Shown here piece after piece: positions 52,997 through 62,324 of a stretch of 64,000 nucleotides of DNA. Numbering within the stretch: the stretch's first letter is position 1; every line of letters begins with the position of its first letter. The DNA lies in NCBI GenBank assembly GCA_902781095.1, contig CACZHW010000010.1, forward strand, positions 3,120 through 67,119. The letters are read 5' to 3'. The translations under genes and the position numbers were made by a program. The stretch comes from an uncultured Eubacteriales bacterium. GTDB taxonomy: Bacteria; Bacillota; Clostridia; Christensenellales; Aristaeellaceae. The notes under the pieces are model-generated. The model searched no databases. It saw nothing but the letters and a program-made list of their open reading frames with translations, and had not been told where the DNA came from.

Positions 52997-54886
52997 ATGA
53001 GATGTCCCGAGTGCGGCGCGTGGAACGCCGCTTACCTGCCCAACTGCACGCGCTGCGGCGCCCCGCTGCCCGAAAACAGCAGCGAGAGGGCTGCCTGGGA
53101 GGACGCGCTGCACGATAAAAAGCCGAGTCTGCGCATCACCAAATACGACGAAGATGATCCCGCTGAGGAGCAGCAGCCCGCCGCGGACGCGCCGTACGAC
53201 CCCGAAACGGTGGACGCCAGCGCGCTGACGGACGAGGTGGAAGAGCTGATGACGCGGCGCCAGCGCGGCGAGCAGCGGCTGAACGCCCTGCGCGAGCGCG
53301 CGTCCGACGTCCGCCGCGCGCTGCGGGAAACGGAGGTCATCCGCCCCCATACCGAGGACGAGGACGAATCCGCCCCCGGCGCCAGGGAGGGCGACGCGGC
53401 AATGCCGCCCGCCCGGACCCGCAGCGGCGCCCGGCGCGAAATCCTCGTCTATGCCGACGACGACCCGGATGCGCCCGTCTACCACGACGGCTACGTGCCG
53501 GAGGGGCGCGAGGAAGACGCCGGCGAGGACGACGAATACCTGCCGCGGCGCGTCCGCAGGAGCGCGGGAAGCTCCCCCTCCATCCCGGAGACGGAAGCGC
53601 AGGAGCGGAAAAAGAAATCGACGGCGCGCACGCTGCTGCGCGTCTTCCTCGTGCTGCTCGTCTGCGCACTCGTCGCCGTGGGCAGCGTGCTGGCCGCACG
53701 CTTTTTCGTCATCCGCCAGGGCATGCAGATGCGCCGCGACAACTCCGCCTATGCGGAATGCATCGAGACGGAGGTGGACGGCAGGCCCGCGCACACCATC
53801 GTCGTCCACGGCCGGGAGAATGCCACCGTCTACCTGCGTGAGACGTCTTCCACCTACGTCGTGGCCGACGGCTCCGTCAGCGTCACCATCCCCGATTACA
53901 TGTGGTACGACACGGACTCCTCCACCTACGCCACGGCCGTGGATACGGACACGATGGACGTCACCGTCTCCCCCTTCATCCGCTACTCCCAGGAGGGCGA
54001 GCAGTACGAGATCGAGCCGCTGCACTTCACCATCGACGTGCCGGAGAGCCCCGTCTACCTGCTGAACCCGGCCACCCCGCGGGCCGAGGTCGGCGTCTCC
54101 ATTTTCGAGGTGCGCATCAACGTGCCGGCCGGCTCCACCGTCGTCATCGACGGCACGAACGTCTCCACCCTCATCCGCGAGACCGGCAACGTCTCCAAGA
54201 ACGTGCAGGTGCTGCCCGTCGGCGACAACACCATCTCCATCTCCGTCAAGAGCAAGTACTGCCGTGAGACCAAGATGGAGGTCGTGCTCTACCGCGCGCC
54301 GCAGGAGATCCCGCTGGAGCTCGTCCCCACCGTCATCACCGAATGGAACTACGAGGCGGACGACCCCGTAAACCAGGCCAGCATCTCCGGTTCCACCCTG
54401 CCCGGCGCCACGATCACCGTGGAATCCCCGCACGAGAACCTGGAGGTCAACCAGACCACCGGCGATTTCAAGTTCAAGCCGCTCTTCCCGCTGCTGGGCA
54501 ACAACGAGGTCGTCATCCGTTCCTCGTACGAAGGGCGGGCCGATTCGGTCATCACCCATACGGTCTACTACATGCCGACGGCCGACGTCTACACGCGCCG
54601 CGCCTGGGACCTCGATTCCCAGTACAGCGACCTCATCAACTACATCAACATCCGCAAGGGCACCATCTACGTCGGCACCGGCGTCATCAAGCGCATCATC
54701 TCCAGCACGCCCCAGCTGGCCGTCATGGACATCGGCAACGATAACTTCGAAAAGCTGGTGCTGCTGGAAAACAGCTCCAAGACGACCTGGATGGTGGGCA
54801 CGAAGTACCGCATCTACGGTGAGGCCTTCGGTCTGTATGACACGATGCCCAGGCTCACCGTCCGCTACACCTACCTCATGGAATGA
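52997..54886 (+). CDS. zinc-ribbon membrane protein with large extracytoplasmic domain
   Basis: MRCPECGAWNAAYLPNCTRCGAP, then an acidic linker, one TM helix (LLRVFLVLLVCALVAVGSVLAA), and about 400 aa predicted to lie outside the membrane. GGAGG RBS. Confidence 0.65.
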   Translation: MRCPECGAWNAAYLPNCTRCGAPLPENSSERAAWEDALHDKKPSLRITKYDEDDPAEEQQPAADAPYDPETVDASALTDEVEELMTRRQRGEQRLNALRERASDVRRALRETEVIRPHTEDEDESAPGAREGDAAMPPARTRSGARREILVYADDDPDAPVYHDGYVPEGREEDAGEDDEYLPRRVRRSAGSSPSIPETEAQERKKKSTARTLLRVFLVLLVCALVAVGSVLAARFFVIRQGMQMRRDNSAYAECIETEVDGRPAHTIVVHGRENATVYLRETSSTYVVADGSVSVTIPDYMWYDTDSSTYATAVDTDTMDVTVSPFIRYSQEGEQYEIEPLHFTIDVPESPVYLLNPATPRAEVGVSIFEVRINVPAGSTVVIDGTNVSTLIRETGNVSKNVQVLPVGDNTISISVKSKYCRETKMEVVLYRAPQEIPLELVPTVITEWNYEADDPVNQASISGSTLPGATITVESPHENLEVNQTTGDFKFKPLFPLLGNNEVVIRSSYEGRADSVITHTVYYMPTADVYTRRAWDLDSQYSDLINYINIRKGTIYVGTGVIKRIISSTPQLAVMDIGNDNFEKLVLLENSSKTTWMVGTKYRIYGEAFGLYDTMPRLTVRYTYLME

Positions 54887-56136
54887 CGGAGGCTGAGATG
54901 ACCGCAAAACTTGAGCGAAACATGCGCGTGCTGTGCGGGGAGAAGCGGCTGCTGTGCGGCCTTTCCGTCGCCTACGGCACCGCAACGGAATGCGAGACGG
55001 CCCTCTGCGGGCAGCGGCAGGAAGCCGTCCCCTCCGGCGGGGCGTTTGTCCCCGCCCCGCTCCCTCTGCAGGCGGATTCCGTCTTTGACCTGGCGAGCCT
55101 GACCAAGTTCTTCTGCCTCCTCCTGCTGCTGCGCCTGAAAGAGGAGGGGCGCGTCAGCCTGGATGCGGAGATCCCCGCCCTCGACGCACGCTTCGCGCGC
55201 CTTGCAGGCGTCACCGTCGGGGATGTCCTGTGCTACCAGAAGCACCTGTCCACGCCGCAGCGCGTGGATACGGCGGAGGACCGCGAAGAGGGGCTGCGGC
55301 GCCTCTTTGAGATCGGCGTCGTTCCCAGCCCGGCGGTCCGCCTCTACTCCGACATGAACGCGATGGTGCTCAAGTACGTGTGCGAGGCGGCTTCGGGGCT
55401 TTCCTTTTACGACGCCCTGAAGGACCGCATCCTCTCTCCGCTCGGCATGCGGGAAACCTGGTCCGCCGTACCCGCCGGGGAGCGCCGCCGCTGCGTCTCC
55501 TGCAACTGCGATCATCAGATCGCGGGCGGCCGCTTCCTGCTGCGCACGGATCTTCTGCCCGGTACTCCGCACGACCCGAAGGCGCGCCTGCTCTCGCAGG
55601 ACGGCCTGGATCTCTGCGGCCATGCGGGGCTCTTCTCCACCCGGGGCGACCTCGTAAGGCTTCTTAGCGCTCTGCTCGCCGGCGAGGTGCTCTCCCGGGA
55701 TACCCTGATGGATATCGGAAAGAACCGGACGGGACTTCCCTATCCGGACGGGACGCACCGGCAGTACCTAGGGATGATGTGCCACGTCAAGCATCCCGAT
55801 CAGTATTACAGCGAGGTGCCTGCCTTTATGACGGACGCCTCCTTCGGTCTCTCCGGTTTTACGGGCCATCACCTCTCCGTCGACCCCGTCCTCGGCTGCT
55901 ACGTCCTCTACCTGGGCAGCCGCTGCCACATGCACGTCTCCCGCGTCGTACCCCGGCCCGGCGAGTCAATGCAGGACTACGGCCTGTCCGCGGACGGAAA
56001 TGGCTGCGTCCGCTGGCCGGACGGAAGACAGGTCCCCTCTTCCGCCGGCTGGGTCCACTTTAAAGACGAGTGGCTCCACGCGCCCGTGGCCGCACGGATG
56101 CGGGAACGCGGCTGGCTGCCTGCCGCCGGCATTTAA
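54883..56136 (+). CDS. serine hydrolase, beta-lactamase/transpeptidase-like fold
   Basis: SLTK (SxxK) motif in FDLASLTKFF. Its ATG overlaps the upstream stop. Confidence 0.7.
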   Translation: MTEAEMTAKLERNMRVLCGEKRLLCGLSVAYGTATECETALCGQRQEAVPSGGAFVPAPLPLQADSVFDLASLTKFFCLLLLLRLKEEGRVSLDAEIPALDARFARLAGVTVGDVLCYQKHLSTPQRVDTAEDREEGLRRLFEIGVVPSPAVRLYSDMNAMVLKYVCEAASGLSFYDALKDRILSPLGMRETWSAVPAGERRRCVSCNCDHQIAGGRFLLRTDLLPGTPHDPKARLLSQDGLDLCGHAGLFSTRGDLVRLLSALLAGEVLSRDTLMDIGKNRTGLPYPDGTHRQYLGMMCHVKHPDQYYSEVPAFMTDASFGLSGFTGHHLSVDPVLGCYVLYLGSRCHMHVSRVVPRPGESMQDYGLSADGNGCVRWPDGRQVPSSAGWVHFKDEWLHAPVAARMRERGWLPAAGI

Positions 56137-57713
56137 ACGCCGCTGGCGCCGTAGTTGCCAAGAACGCGCGCCGAGGGATCGTCCACGTCACAGCCTGGCC
56201 AGCTCCGGTTGGGCATCCAGTAATCGGGAATCATCCGCGCCTGCCCGGGATAAAACTGCTCGAAGAGTTCCCGGTAGAGCAGGCTCTCCTTCGTAAACGG
56301 CCGGCAGTAATCGTAGCGCAGCCGCCTTTCCTCAAATACTTTGTCCGTGTAGGTGCGCTCCGCCAGCGCCTTCAGGTCTTCCACCATGCTGTGCCCCACC
56401 GCATCCGAAAACGCCGCCTTCTGCCGCCAAAGGATTTCCTCCGGCAGAAGGCCTTCTTCTGCAAAGGCCTTCCGCAGCAGGTATTTTCCCATGTGATGGC
56501 GGTTCATCTTCAACTCCGGGTCTATGCTCATCGCGTAGCGAACGAACTTCAAATCGCCGAAGGGCACCCGCGCCTCCAGGCTGTTCACCGAAATGCACCG
56601 GTCCGCGCGGAGCACATCGTAGACGTGCAGCTCACGGATGCGTTTTTCGGCTTCCTCCTGGAAGGCCGCGGCGTCCGGGGCGTAATCGGTGTACTTGTAC
56701 CCGAACAGCTCGTCGGAAATTTCTCCCGTCAGCAGCACGCGGATGTCCGTGTTTTCATGGATCCACTTGCACAGCAGGTACATCCCGACGGAGGCGCGGA
56801 TCGTCGTGATGTCCCACGTGGCCAGCAGCTCCACCACTGCGGGCAGGGCCCTGAGCACGTCCGCTTCGCTGATGATCACCTCCGTGTGCCGGCTGCCGAT
56901 GAATTCCGCCGCCCTTCGCGCATACTTAAGGTCGATCGCGTCCTTGTCCATGCCGATGGCGAACGTCCGGATCGGTTGTTTCAGCGCCCGCTGCGCAATC
57001 GCGCACACCAGAGAGGAGTCCAGCCCGCCGGAGAGCAGAAAGCCGACGGGCGCGTCGGCGTCCAGCCGCTTGATCACGCCGTCCGTCAGCAGCCTGCGCA
57101 GCTTGGCGCACACGGCGTCCTCGTCCTTCATCGTAAAATACCCGACATAGGCGGGGTCGGCATAGCGCACGAAGCGCCCGTCCGCCCAGTAATGCCCCGG
57201 CGGGAAAGGCATAATCCTTTCGCACAGGCCCGTCAGATTCTTAGGTTCGCTGGCAAAGGCCATGCCGCCGTCCGCCATTTCCCCGAAGTACAGCGGGCGG
57301 ATGCCGATGGGATCCCGGGCCGCGATCAGCTGCCCTTTGTCGGCGTCGTAGAGCAGCAATGCGAATTCCGCGTCCAGCGTTTTGAACATCTCCAGGCCGT
57401 ACTCCCGGTACAGCGGCAGGAGGATTTCGCAGTCCGATCCGCTTTTCAGCTCATACCGGGCCATCAGGCGCTCCCGCAGCGGGCGGAAGCCGTAGAGTTC
57501 TCCGTTGCACACGACGGCGCTGCCCCCCAGGTGGAAAGGCTGCATGCCCTCCTCGTGAAGGCCCATAATGGCCAGCCGGTGGAAGCCCAGATACCCGCAG
57601 GGAATCTCTTCGAACCGGCTCATGTCCGGACCGCGGGAGACCGTGCGCGCAAAACACCGCCTGAGCGTCTCTGCCGGAACCGACTTGCTGGTTACACCGA
57701 AAATGGAACACAT
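56133..57713 (-). CDS. asnB: asparagine synthase (glutamine-hydrolysing)
   Basis: ORF trimmed to MCSIFGV (N-terminal Cys nucleophile). SGGLDSS PP-loop motif. Confidence 0.92.
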   Translation of the reverse strand: MCSIFGVTSKSVPAETLRRCFARTVSRGPDMSRFEEIPCGYLGFHRLAIMGLHEEGMQPFHLGGSAVVCNGELYGFRPLRERLMARYELKSGSDCEILLPLYREYGLEMFKTLDAEFALLLYDADKGQLIAARDPIGIRPLYFGEMADGGMAFASEPKNLTGLCERIMPFPPGHYWADGRFVRYADPAYVGYFTMKDEDAVCAKLRRLLTDGVIKRLDADAPVGFLLSGGLDSSLVCAIAQRALKQPIRTFAIGMDKDAIDLKYARRAAEFIGSRHTEVIISEADVLRALPAVVELLATWDITTIRASVGMYLLCKWIHENTDIRVLLTGEISDELFGYKYTDYAPDAAAFQEEAEKRIRELHVYDVLRADRCISVNSLEARVPFGDLKFVRYAMSIDPELKMNRHHMGKYLLRKAFAEEGLLPEEILWRQKAAFSDAVGHSMVEDLKALAERTYTDKVFEERRLRYDYCRPFTKESLLYRELFEQFYPGQARMIPDYWMPNRSWPGCDVDDPSARVLGNYGASGV

Positions 57714-57996
57714 AAAAAGCACCTCCGGACTCTTTGGCGGCCCTCGTCCTATTTCAGGACGAAGGCCGCTTCTCCGTGGTGCCACCTGATTTGCTTCTCG
57801 TAAAGGGCTCTGTCAAGCCCCGGCGGCTGTAACGTGCCGCCCGGACGCCGCCCCTACCGGCGGATCGCTCCGCTTTGGGTTTGGACTTGGAAGGGTTCTT
57901 CGCCCGGCAGCCCGCACGGGATTCCCACCGCCGCCCGCTCTCTTTGCCGCCGCTTGTCCGGGGTACTCTTCTTCCGCATCGCTTTGTCTTTTGAAT
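57714..57996 (-). promoter_or_regulatory. T-box leader RNA upstream of asnB
   Basis: Minus-sense elements: GCGATGCGGAAGAAGAGTA (K-turn/specifier 5' side), AGAGAG...GGTGGGAA (stem I), the T-box motif AATCAGGTGGCACCACGG (57791..57774), and a downstream hairpin GGCCTTCGTCC-loop-GGACGAGGGCC. The specifier loop 3' strand CGAAGAACC contains AAC (Asn). Confidence 0.75.
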
Positions 57997-58003
57997 TGGC
58001 CCT

Positions 58004-58032
58004 ATCCTATCACCCTTTTCCGGTGTTGTCAA
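58004..58032 (-). promoter_or_regulatory. sigma70-type promoter of the asnB T-box leader
   Basis: On the minus strand: TTGACA (58032..58027), 17-nt spacer, TAGGAT (58009..58004). Confidence 0.5.
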
Positions 58033-58134
58033 CTGCTATTTGCAACTTTAATGCGTTATAATTGCAAATTTTCATTAATTTAAAACTATTACAAGTATTT
58101 TCGGCAGAAATTCTGATTTGCTTTCATTTTTGCC

Positions 58135-58163
58135 TTGACAGCCCTTGCGTATGGTGCTAAGAT
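58135..58163 (+). promoter_or_regulatory. sigma70-type promoter of glnA
   Basis: TTGACA (58135..58140), 17-nt spacer, TAAGAT (58158..58163). Confidence 0.5.
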
Positions 58164-58232
58164 GATGCGCGTTAAAGCGGCGGCCGAAACGCCGGCCGCA
58201 CCCAGAACGGTCATTTGGAAGGAGGATTGAGC

Positions 58233-59564
58233 ATGAGCCGCTATACGAAGGAAGACATCATCCGCAGGGTCCGCGAGGACGACATCGAGTTTATCCGCAT
58301 GCAGTTCACCGATATCTTCGGACAGCTCAAGAATGTCGCCATCACCGCCAGCCAGATCGAAAAGGCCGTGAACAACGAGATCATGATCGACGGCAGCTCC
58401 ATCGAGGGTTTTGTCCGTATCAACGAAAGCGACCAGTACCTTCACCCGGATCTGGACACCTTCGCCCTGCTCCCCTGGCGCCCGCAGAGCGGAAAGGTCG
58501 CCCGCCTCATCTGCGACGTGTACAACCCGGACGGGACGCCGTTTGCCGGCGATCCGCGCGGCGTGCTGAAGCGGGCGCTGGCCCGCGCGGCCAAACAGGG
58601 CTACGCCTTCAACGTCGGCCCGGAGATGGAGTTCTTCCTCTTCCAAACCGATGAAGCCGGCCGCCCGACGACCCGGACCGGCGACGAGGCCGGTTACTTC
58701 GATTTGGGTCCGCTGGACCGCGGCGAGAGTACGCGCAGGGAGATCTGCCTTGCGCTGGAACAGATGGGGTTTGAAATCGAGGCCAGTCATCACGAGGTCG
58801 CGGCCGGCCAGCACGAGATCGATTTTAAATACACGGACGCGCTGACCGCCGCCGACAACATCATGACCTTCAAACTCGCCGTCAAGACGCTGGCGCAGAA
58901 AAACGGCCTGCACGCCACCTTCATGCCCAAGCCGGTCTTCGGCATCAACGGCAGCGGCATGCACACGAACATGAGCCTCTTCAAGGACGGCAAAAACGCC
59001 TTCGCCGATCCGCAGGACGGGAGGGGGCTCAGCCGGGACGCCTACGCCTTCATCGCGGGGCTGCTCTCGCACGTGCGCGGCATGGCCGCCGTCACAAACC
59101 CGCTGGTCAACAGCTACAAGCGGCTCGTCCCGGGCTACGAAGCGCCCTGCTACCTCGCCTGGAGCGCCAGCAACCGCAGCGCGCTGATCCGCATCCCCGC
59201 CGCCCGCGGGCAGGCGACGCGCGTGGAACTGCGCTGCCCGGACCCCAGCTGCAACCCCTATCTCAACATGGCCGTTTGTCTGGCCGCCGGCCTGGACGGC
59301 ATCGAAAAAGGGATGACCCCGCCCGCGGAAATCACCGAGAACATCTTCTCCATGAGCGCCGCGGACAGGGAGGCCCGGGGCATCCAGTCCCTGCCCGGCA
59401 CGCTGCGGGATGCCGTCGAATGCCTCAGGGCGGACGACGGCATCTGCGCCGCGCTCGGGGAGCACGTGCTCTCCCAGTACGTCGAAGGCAAGCTGAAGGA
59501 ATGGGACGCCTACCGCACCCATGTCAGCCGCTGGGAGATCGACCGCTACCTCGTCCTCTACTGA
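58233..59564 (+). CDS. glnA: type I glutamine synthetase
   Basis: ORF trimmed to [30 protein letters not shown] after a GGAAGGAGG RBS. Classic GS-I motifs ([21 protein letters not shown]). Confidence 0.93.
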   Translation: MSRYTKEDIIRRVREDDIEFIRMQFTDIFGQLKNVAITASQIEKAVNNEIMIDGSSIEGFVRINESDQYLHPDLDTFALLPWRPQSGKVARLICDVYNPDGTPFAGDPRGVLKRALARAAKQGYAFNVGPEMEFFLFQTDEAGRPTTRTGDEAGYFDLGPLDRGESTRREICLALEQMGFEIEASHHEVAAGQHEIDFKYTDALTAADNIMTFKLAVKTLAQKNGLHATFMPKPVFGINGSGMHTNMSLFKDGKNAFADPQDGRGLSRDAYAFIAGLLSHVRGMAAVTNPLVNSYKRLVPGYEAPCYLAWSASNRSALIRIPAARGQATRVELRCPDPSCNPYLNMAVCLAAGLDGIEKGMTPPAEITENIFSMSAADREARGIQSLPGTLRDAVECLRADDGICAALGEHVLSQYVEGKLKEWDAYRTHVSRWEIDRYLVLY

Positions 59565-59577
59565 AAGGCAGACGCGC

Positions 59578-59616
59578 AAAAGGACAGGGCCGCGCCCGCG
59601 GCCCTGTCCTTTTTTA
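59578..59616 (+). terminator. Rho-independent terminator of glnA
   Basis: AGGACAGGGCCGCG-CC-CGCGGCCCTGTCCT followed by TTTTTT. Confidence 0.8.
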
Positions 59617-59806
59617 CCGTTTGGGAGGTTCATTCAAACCGGTAGCCCGTCACGTCCAGCGTGGCAAAATAATCCTCCGGCGTCTCCGCGCGCCGGATCA
59701 GTTCTTCTCAGTTGGAGGCGCTGTTTCTTTGACCGTATCGTATCTTTTAATGGCAGGTTATGTCCGTATTTGAACGCTGCCAGTAGGCATAGCTTCTCCC
59801 GCTTGA

Positions 59807-60421
59807 TCAGCGCGCTTTTTCCGCGATACATTGGAATGAGAATGGCGAGATTTTTCTGTACTGGATCTTTTGAAATCCTGCGCTGCGAACCATCCCTTCT
59901 ATTTCCTCCCGACCGTACATTTTCACGTCCCCGCCCGGAAGCTTCGGAAAAAGACAGTTTGCCACAGCCCGAATCGGCGCGATGCAGTCCATATCGTTCA
60001 GAAGCAATACGCCGCCCGGTTTCAGAATACGGAACATCTCGTTCACGGCATTCTGTGGATGCGGATAATGGTGGATGCTCATATTGCACGTGACAACCTG
60101 ATACTGCTTACTCTCCAGCGGCATTTTTTCGGAATCCCCGACGGTCGCTATGGCCGTGCTGGAAAGCCTCTCCCTTGTTTCACGGATCATCCCTTCTGAG
60201 AGATCCAGCGCGTTGAGCTGAATGTCTGGAAAGTTCTCTTCCACCAGACTCAAAAAAGCCCCCGGACCGCAGCCAATGTCGATCAGCCGATCCGGCCTGA
60301 TCCGACCGATCTCCTCAAGCTGGCAGCGGTAGTCGTGCCGCCAGTATCCGCTGTGGGCCAGACGGGATTTGCGATGGCTGTTGAAATAATCCCTTGATTT
60401 CTGCTTGGCGTTCTGCACCAT
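59807..60421 (-). CDS. class I SAM-dependent methyltransferase
   Basis: LIDIGCGPGAF (motif I) and ILKPGGVLLLND. Confidence 0.8.
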   Translation of the reverse strand: MVQNAKQKSRDYFNSHRKSRLAHSGYWRHDYRCQLEEIGRIRPDRLIDIGCGPGAFLSLVEENFPDIQLNALDLSEGMIRETRERLSSTAIATVGDSEKMPLESKQYQVVTCNMSIHHYPHPQNAVNEMFRILKPGGVLLLNDMDCIAPIRAVANCLFPKLPGGDVKMYGREEIEGMVRSAGFQKIQYRKISPFSFQCIAEKAR

Positions 60422-60448
60422 TTGACAGTCATCCTCTCATATCCTGTT

Positions 60449-61078
60449 TCAGATTTTCACCTGATCGCCAACGATCCAGTAGTCGCAGACATCGTCCCCG
60501 TTTGCGATGGTGTGCTCCCGGTGGAGCTTCCCATGCTGCAGCCGGAACATCACCTCATCCGTCGAGCAGAGCGCAGGCATGAGCTCTGCGATGCCCTCCC
60601 GCAGGCAGAATTCACAGATGGGGCAGCGGGTAAAATAATAATAGCTTCCCTCCTGATGGAGCGTTTCATCGAAGTGCACAACCCAGTTGACGGGATACCC
60701 CTTTCCATGAGCCCTGTACCAGGCTTCATACTTCCGCATGTCGCGCTCCCACTTTTTCGGCGTCTTATTCAAATCCATCATGCCAAATATCGTGCGAAGC
60801 AGTCTGCTTTCCAGTACATCAGTCATCACGAATGCCATCTCATCAGGCGTAATTCTTTTTTCGCTGCCAAGCCAGGCCGCCGCAAAGACATAGGCAAAGT
60901 AGGCGTTCTGTGCCATGGGATTTCCGGGGCCCAGATCGTCCGCGTGGGAAAGCAGTCTCCTGTATTCGTCTTTTCCATGTCTGATCGCCTGACCCGCCAT
61001 CTCCTTATTGAAACGCTTCTTGATGCTCTTCTTCATCAGCGGCGCAAACACTGTCCAGTAGGCCCCAACATATTTCAT
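60449..61078 (-). CDS. L-2-amino-thiazoline-4-carboxylic acid hydrolase (ATC_hydrolase) family protein, paralog 1
   Basis: The C-terminus reads CPICEFC...LMPALCSTD...HGKLHREHTIANGDDVCDYWIVGD. GGGAGG RBS. Confidence 0.6.
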   Translation of the reverse strand: MKYVGAYWTVFAPLMKKSIKKRFNKEMAGQAIRHGKDEYRRLLSHADDLGPGNPMAQNAYFAYVFAAAWLGSEKRITPDEMAFVMTDVLESRLLRTIFGMMDLNKTPKKWERDMRKYEAWYRAHGKGYPVNWVVHFDETLHQEGSYYYFTRCPICEFCLREGIAELMPALCSTDEVMFRLQHGKLHREHTIANGDDVCDYWIVGDQVKI

Positions 61079-61107
61079 TCAATACCTCCCATATCTTTGA
61101 TATCCTC

Positions 61108-61584
61108 TCAAAGGAGCGCTACGATTCCGGCAATCACCGCCGCCCCCGCAATCCAGATCAGTGTCAGGATTCCCCGTTTCTTCAAAACCTGCGGCCAGGT
61201 CTGCACAAAGGGGATTTCCTCTGTTCCGGGGATCACCCAGAACCTGCTGTGCCCGACCCAGAGCCTGTCGATCACGATCCCGTCGTACCAGTTCATGACT
61301 TCGAGGAAGATGAGCGCCTGCAGATACGCCGGTTCAAAGTCCTGTATGCCGTTCCAGACGCGAATGATCAGGACCAGCGCCGCCACCATGACCGCGAAGA
61401 ACGCGATCATAAAGCGCTTCCGCTTCCTCGCCACGGTTTCCCGGTCTGCCAGCCCCAGCTCATAGACCTTTTCCTGAACGGGCTCCGGGTAGAAATACAA
61501 GCCGTTCAGCGCGCTGCTTCCCACGCCGGTTTTCACCATCAGTGTAAACAGGGCGCAGAACAGGATCAGCTGTAAAGCAACCAT
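61108..61584 (-). CDS. small hypothetical membrane protein
   Basis: 158 aa with about 3 TM segments. GGGAG RBS. Confidence 0.55.
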   Translation of the reverse strand: MVALQLILFCALFTLMVKTGVGSSALNGLYFYPEPVQEKVYELGLADRETVARKRKRFMIAFFAVMVAALVLIIRVWNGIQDFEPAYLQALIFLEVMNWYDGIVIDRLWVGHSRFWVIPGTEEIPFVQTWPQVLKKRGILTLIWIAGAAVIAGIVALL

Positions 61585-61606
61585 TTTGCTCCCTCATTAA
61601 TCTTTT

Positions 61607-62269
61607 TTATTTTGAGCCCACGTCTGCGATCGCTACTGGTTCCCTGTCACCCAGGATCCAGTAATTGCATTCTCCGTCCCCGTCCGCCAGCGTTTTGTGG
61701 CGGATCAGCTTGCCGTGCGCCGCGCTGCAGGTGATCTGGTCGATAGAGCAGAGATTCGGGAGAAAATCGATATAACCATGCTTTCGGGCAAAGTCATTCA
61801 GCGGGCAGGTATCATAGACAAACGCGAGTCCTTTTTCATGTTCATCCGGATTGAGCCGGATTTTCCAGGTGTTGCCCCATGCGTTGCCGCGAAAACGCTC
61901 CGCCTTCTTTCTGTAATTGTCCAGATACCTGTAGAGCAGTTTCACGATCCAACGATGCTTCAGAAGCCTGTTCAAGTTGAAATGAGACAGATTGCGAAGG
62001 CTTTTTCCCATGGCCGCGTCGATCATGAGCTGCAGATCCTCTTTGCTGAAAGACCGGTCTACCGAATCGTAGAAAGCGAAGAAGGCGTAGGCCTCCAGCA
62101 TATTGCTGGCCATCGGATTCTTTTTACCGCCGAGGTCGCCTTCCTCCAGGATCCACTTTTCGTCCAGCGCAACAGTCCTCTCCCAGCGCGCTTTCGCCTC
62201 TTTGGGCGAATAATGCTCCGACAGCCATTTCTTCATCGCCGGCTCAAACATTTTCAGATACTTATCCAT
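61607..62269 (-). CDS. ATC_hydrolase family protein, paralog 2
   Basis: Trimmed to MDKYLKMFEPAMKK, which aligns with the paralog 1 N-terminus. The C-terminus reads CPLNDF...LPNLCSIDQ...HGKLIRHKTLADGDGECNYWILGD. Confidence 0.6.
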   Translation of the reverse strand: MDKYLKMFEPAMKKWLSEHYSPKEAKARWERTVALDEKWILEEGDLGGKKNPMASNMLEAYAFFAFYDSVDRSFSKEDLQLMIDAAMGKSLRNLSHFNLNRLLKHRWIVKLLYRYLDNYRKKAERFRGNAWGNTWKIRLNPDEHEKGLAFVYDTCPLNDFARKHGYIDFLPNLCSIDQITCSAAHGKLIRHKTLADGDGECNYWILGDREPVAIADVGSK

Positions 62270-62324
62270 GTTGTTTTCAGCCTCCATCCACGCAAAACCG
62301 TCTATCCCTTCCGCAAGGGGCTTC

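Noticed and set aside
52712-54985. 757-aa minus-strand ORF antisense to the zinc-ribbon membrane protein gene
   Set aside because: The product is Gly/Asp/Val/Arg-rich and repetitive, with no start context. The plus-strand frame has an RBS, a Zn ribbon, a TM helix and coupling to the next gene.
58033-58232. GlnR/TnrA box (TGTNA-N7-TNACA) or glutamine riboswitch in the asnB/glnA divergent region
   Set aside because: Only partial half-sites are visible (for example TGTCA near 58027). The glnA leader hairpin GCGGCGGCC-GAAAC-GCCGGCCGC does not resemble the glnA RNA motif as I remember it.
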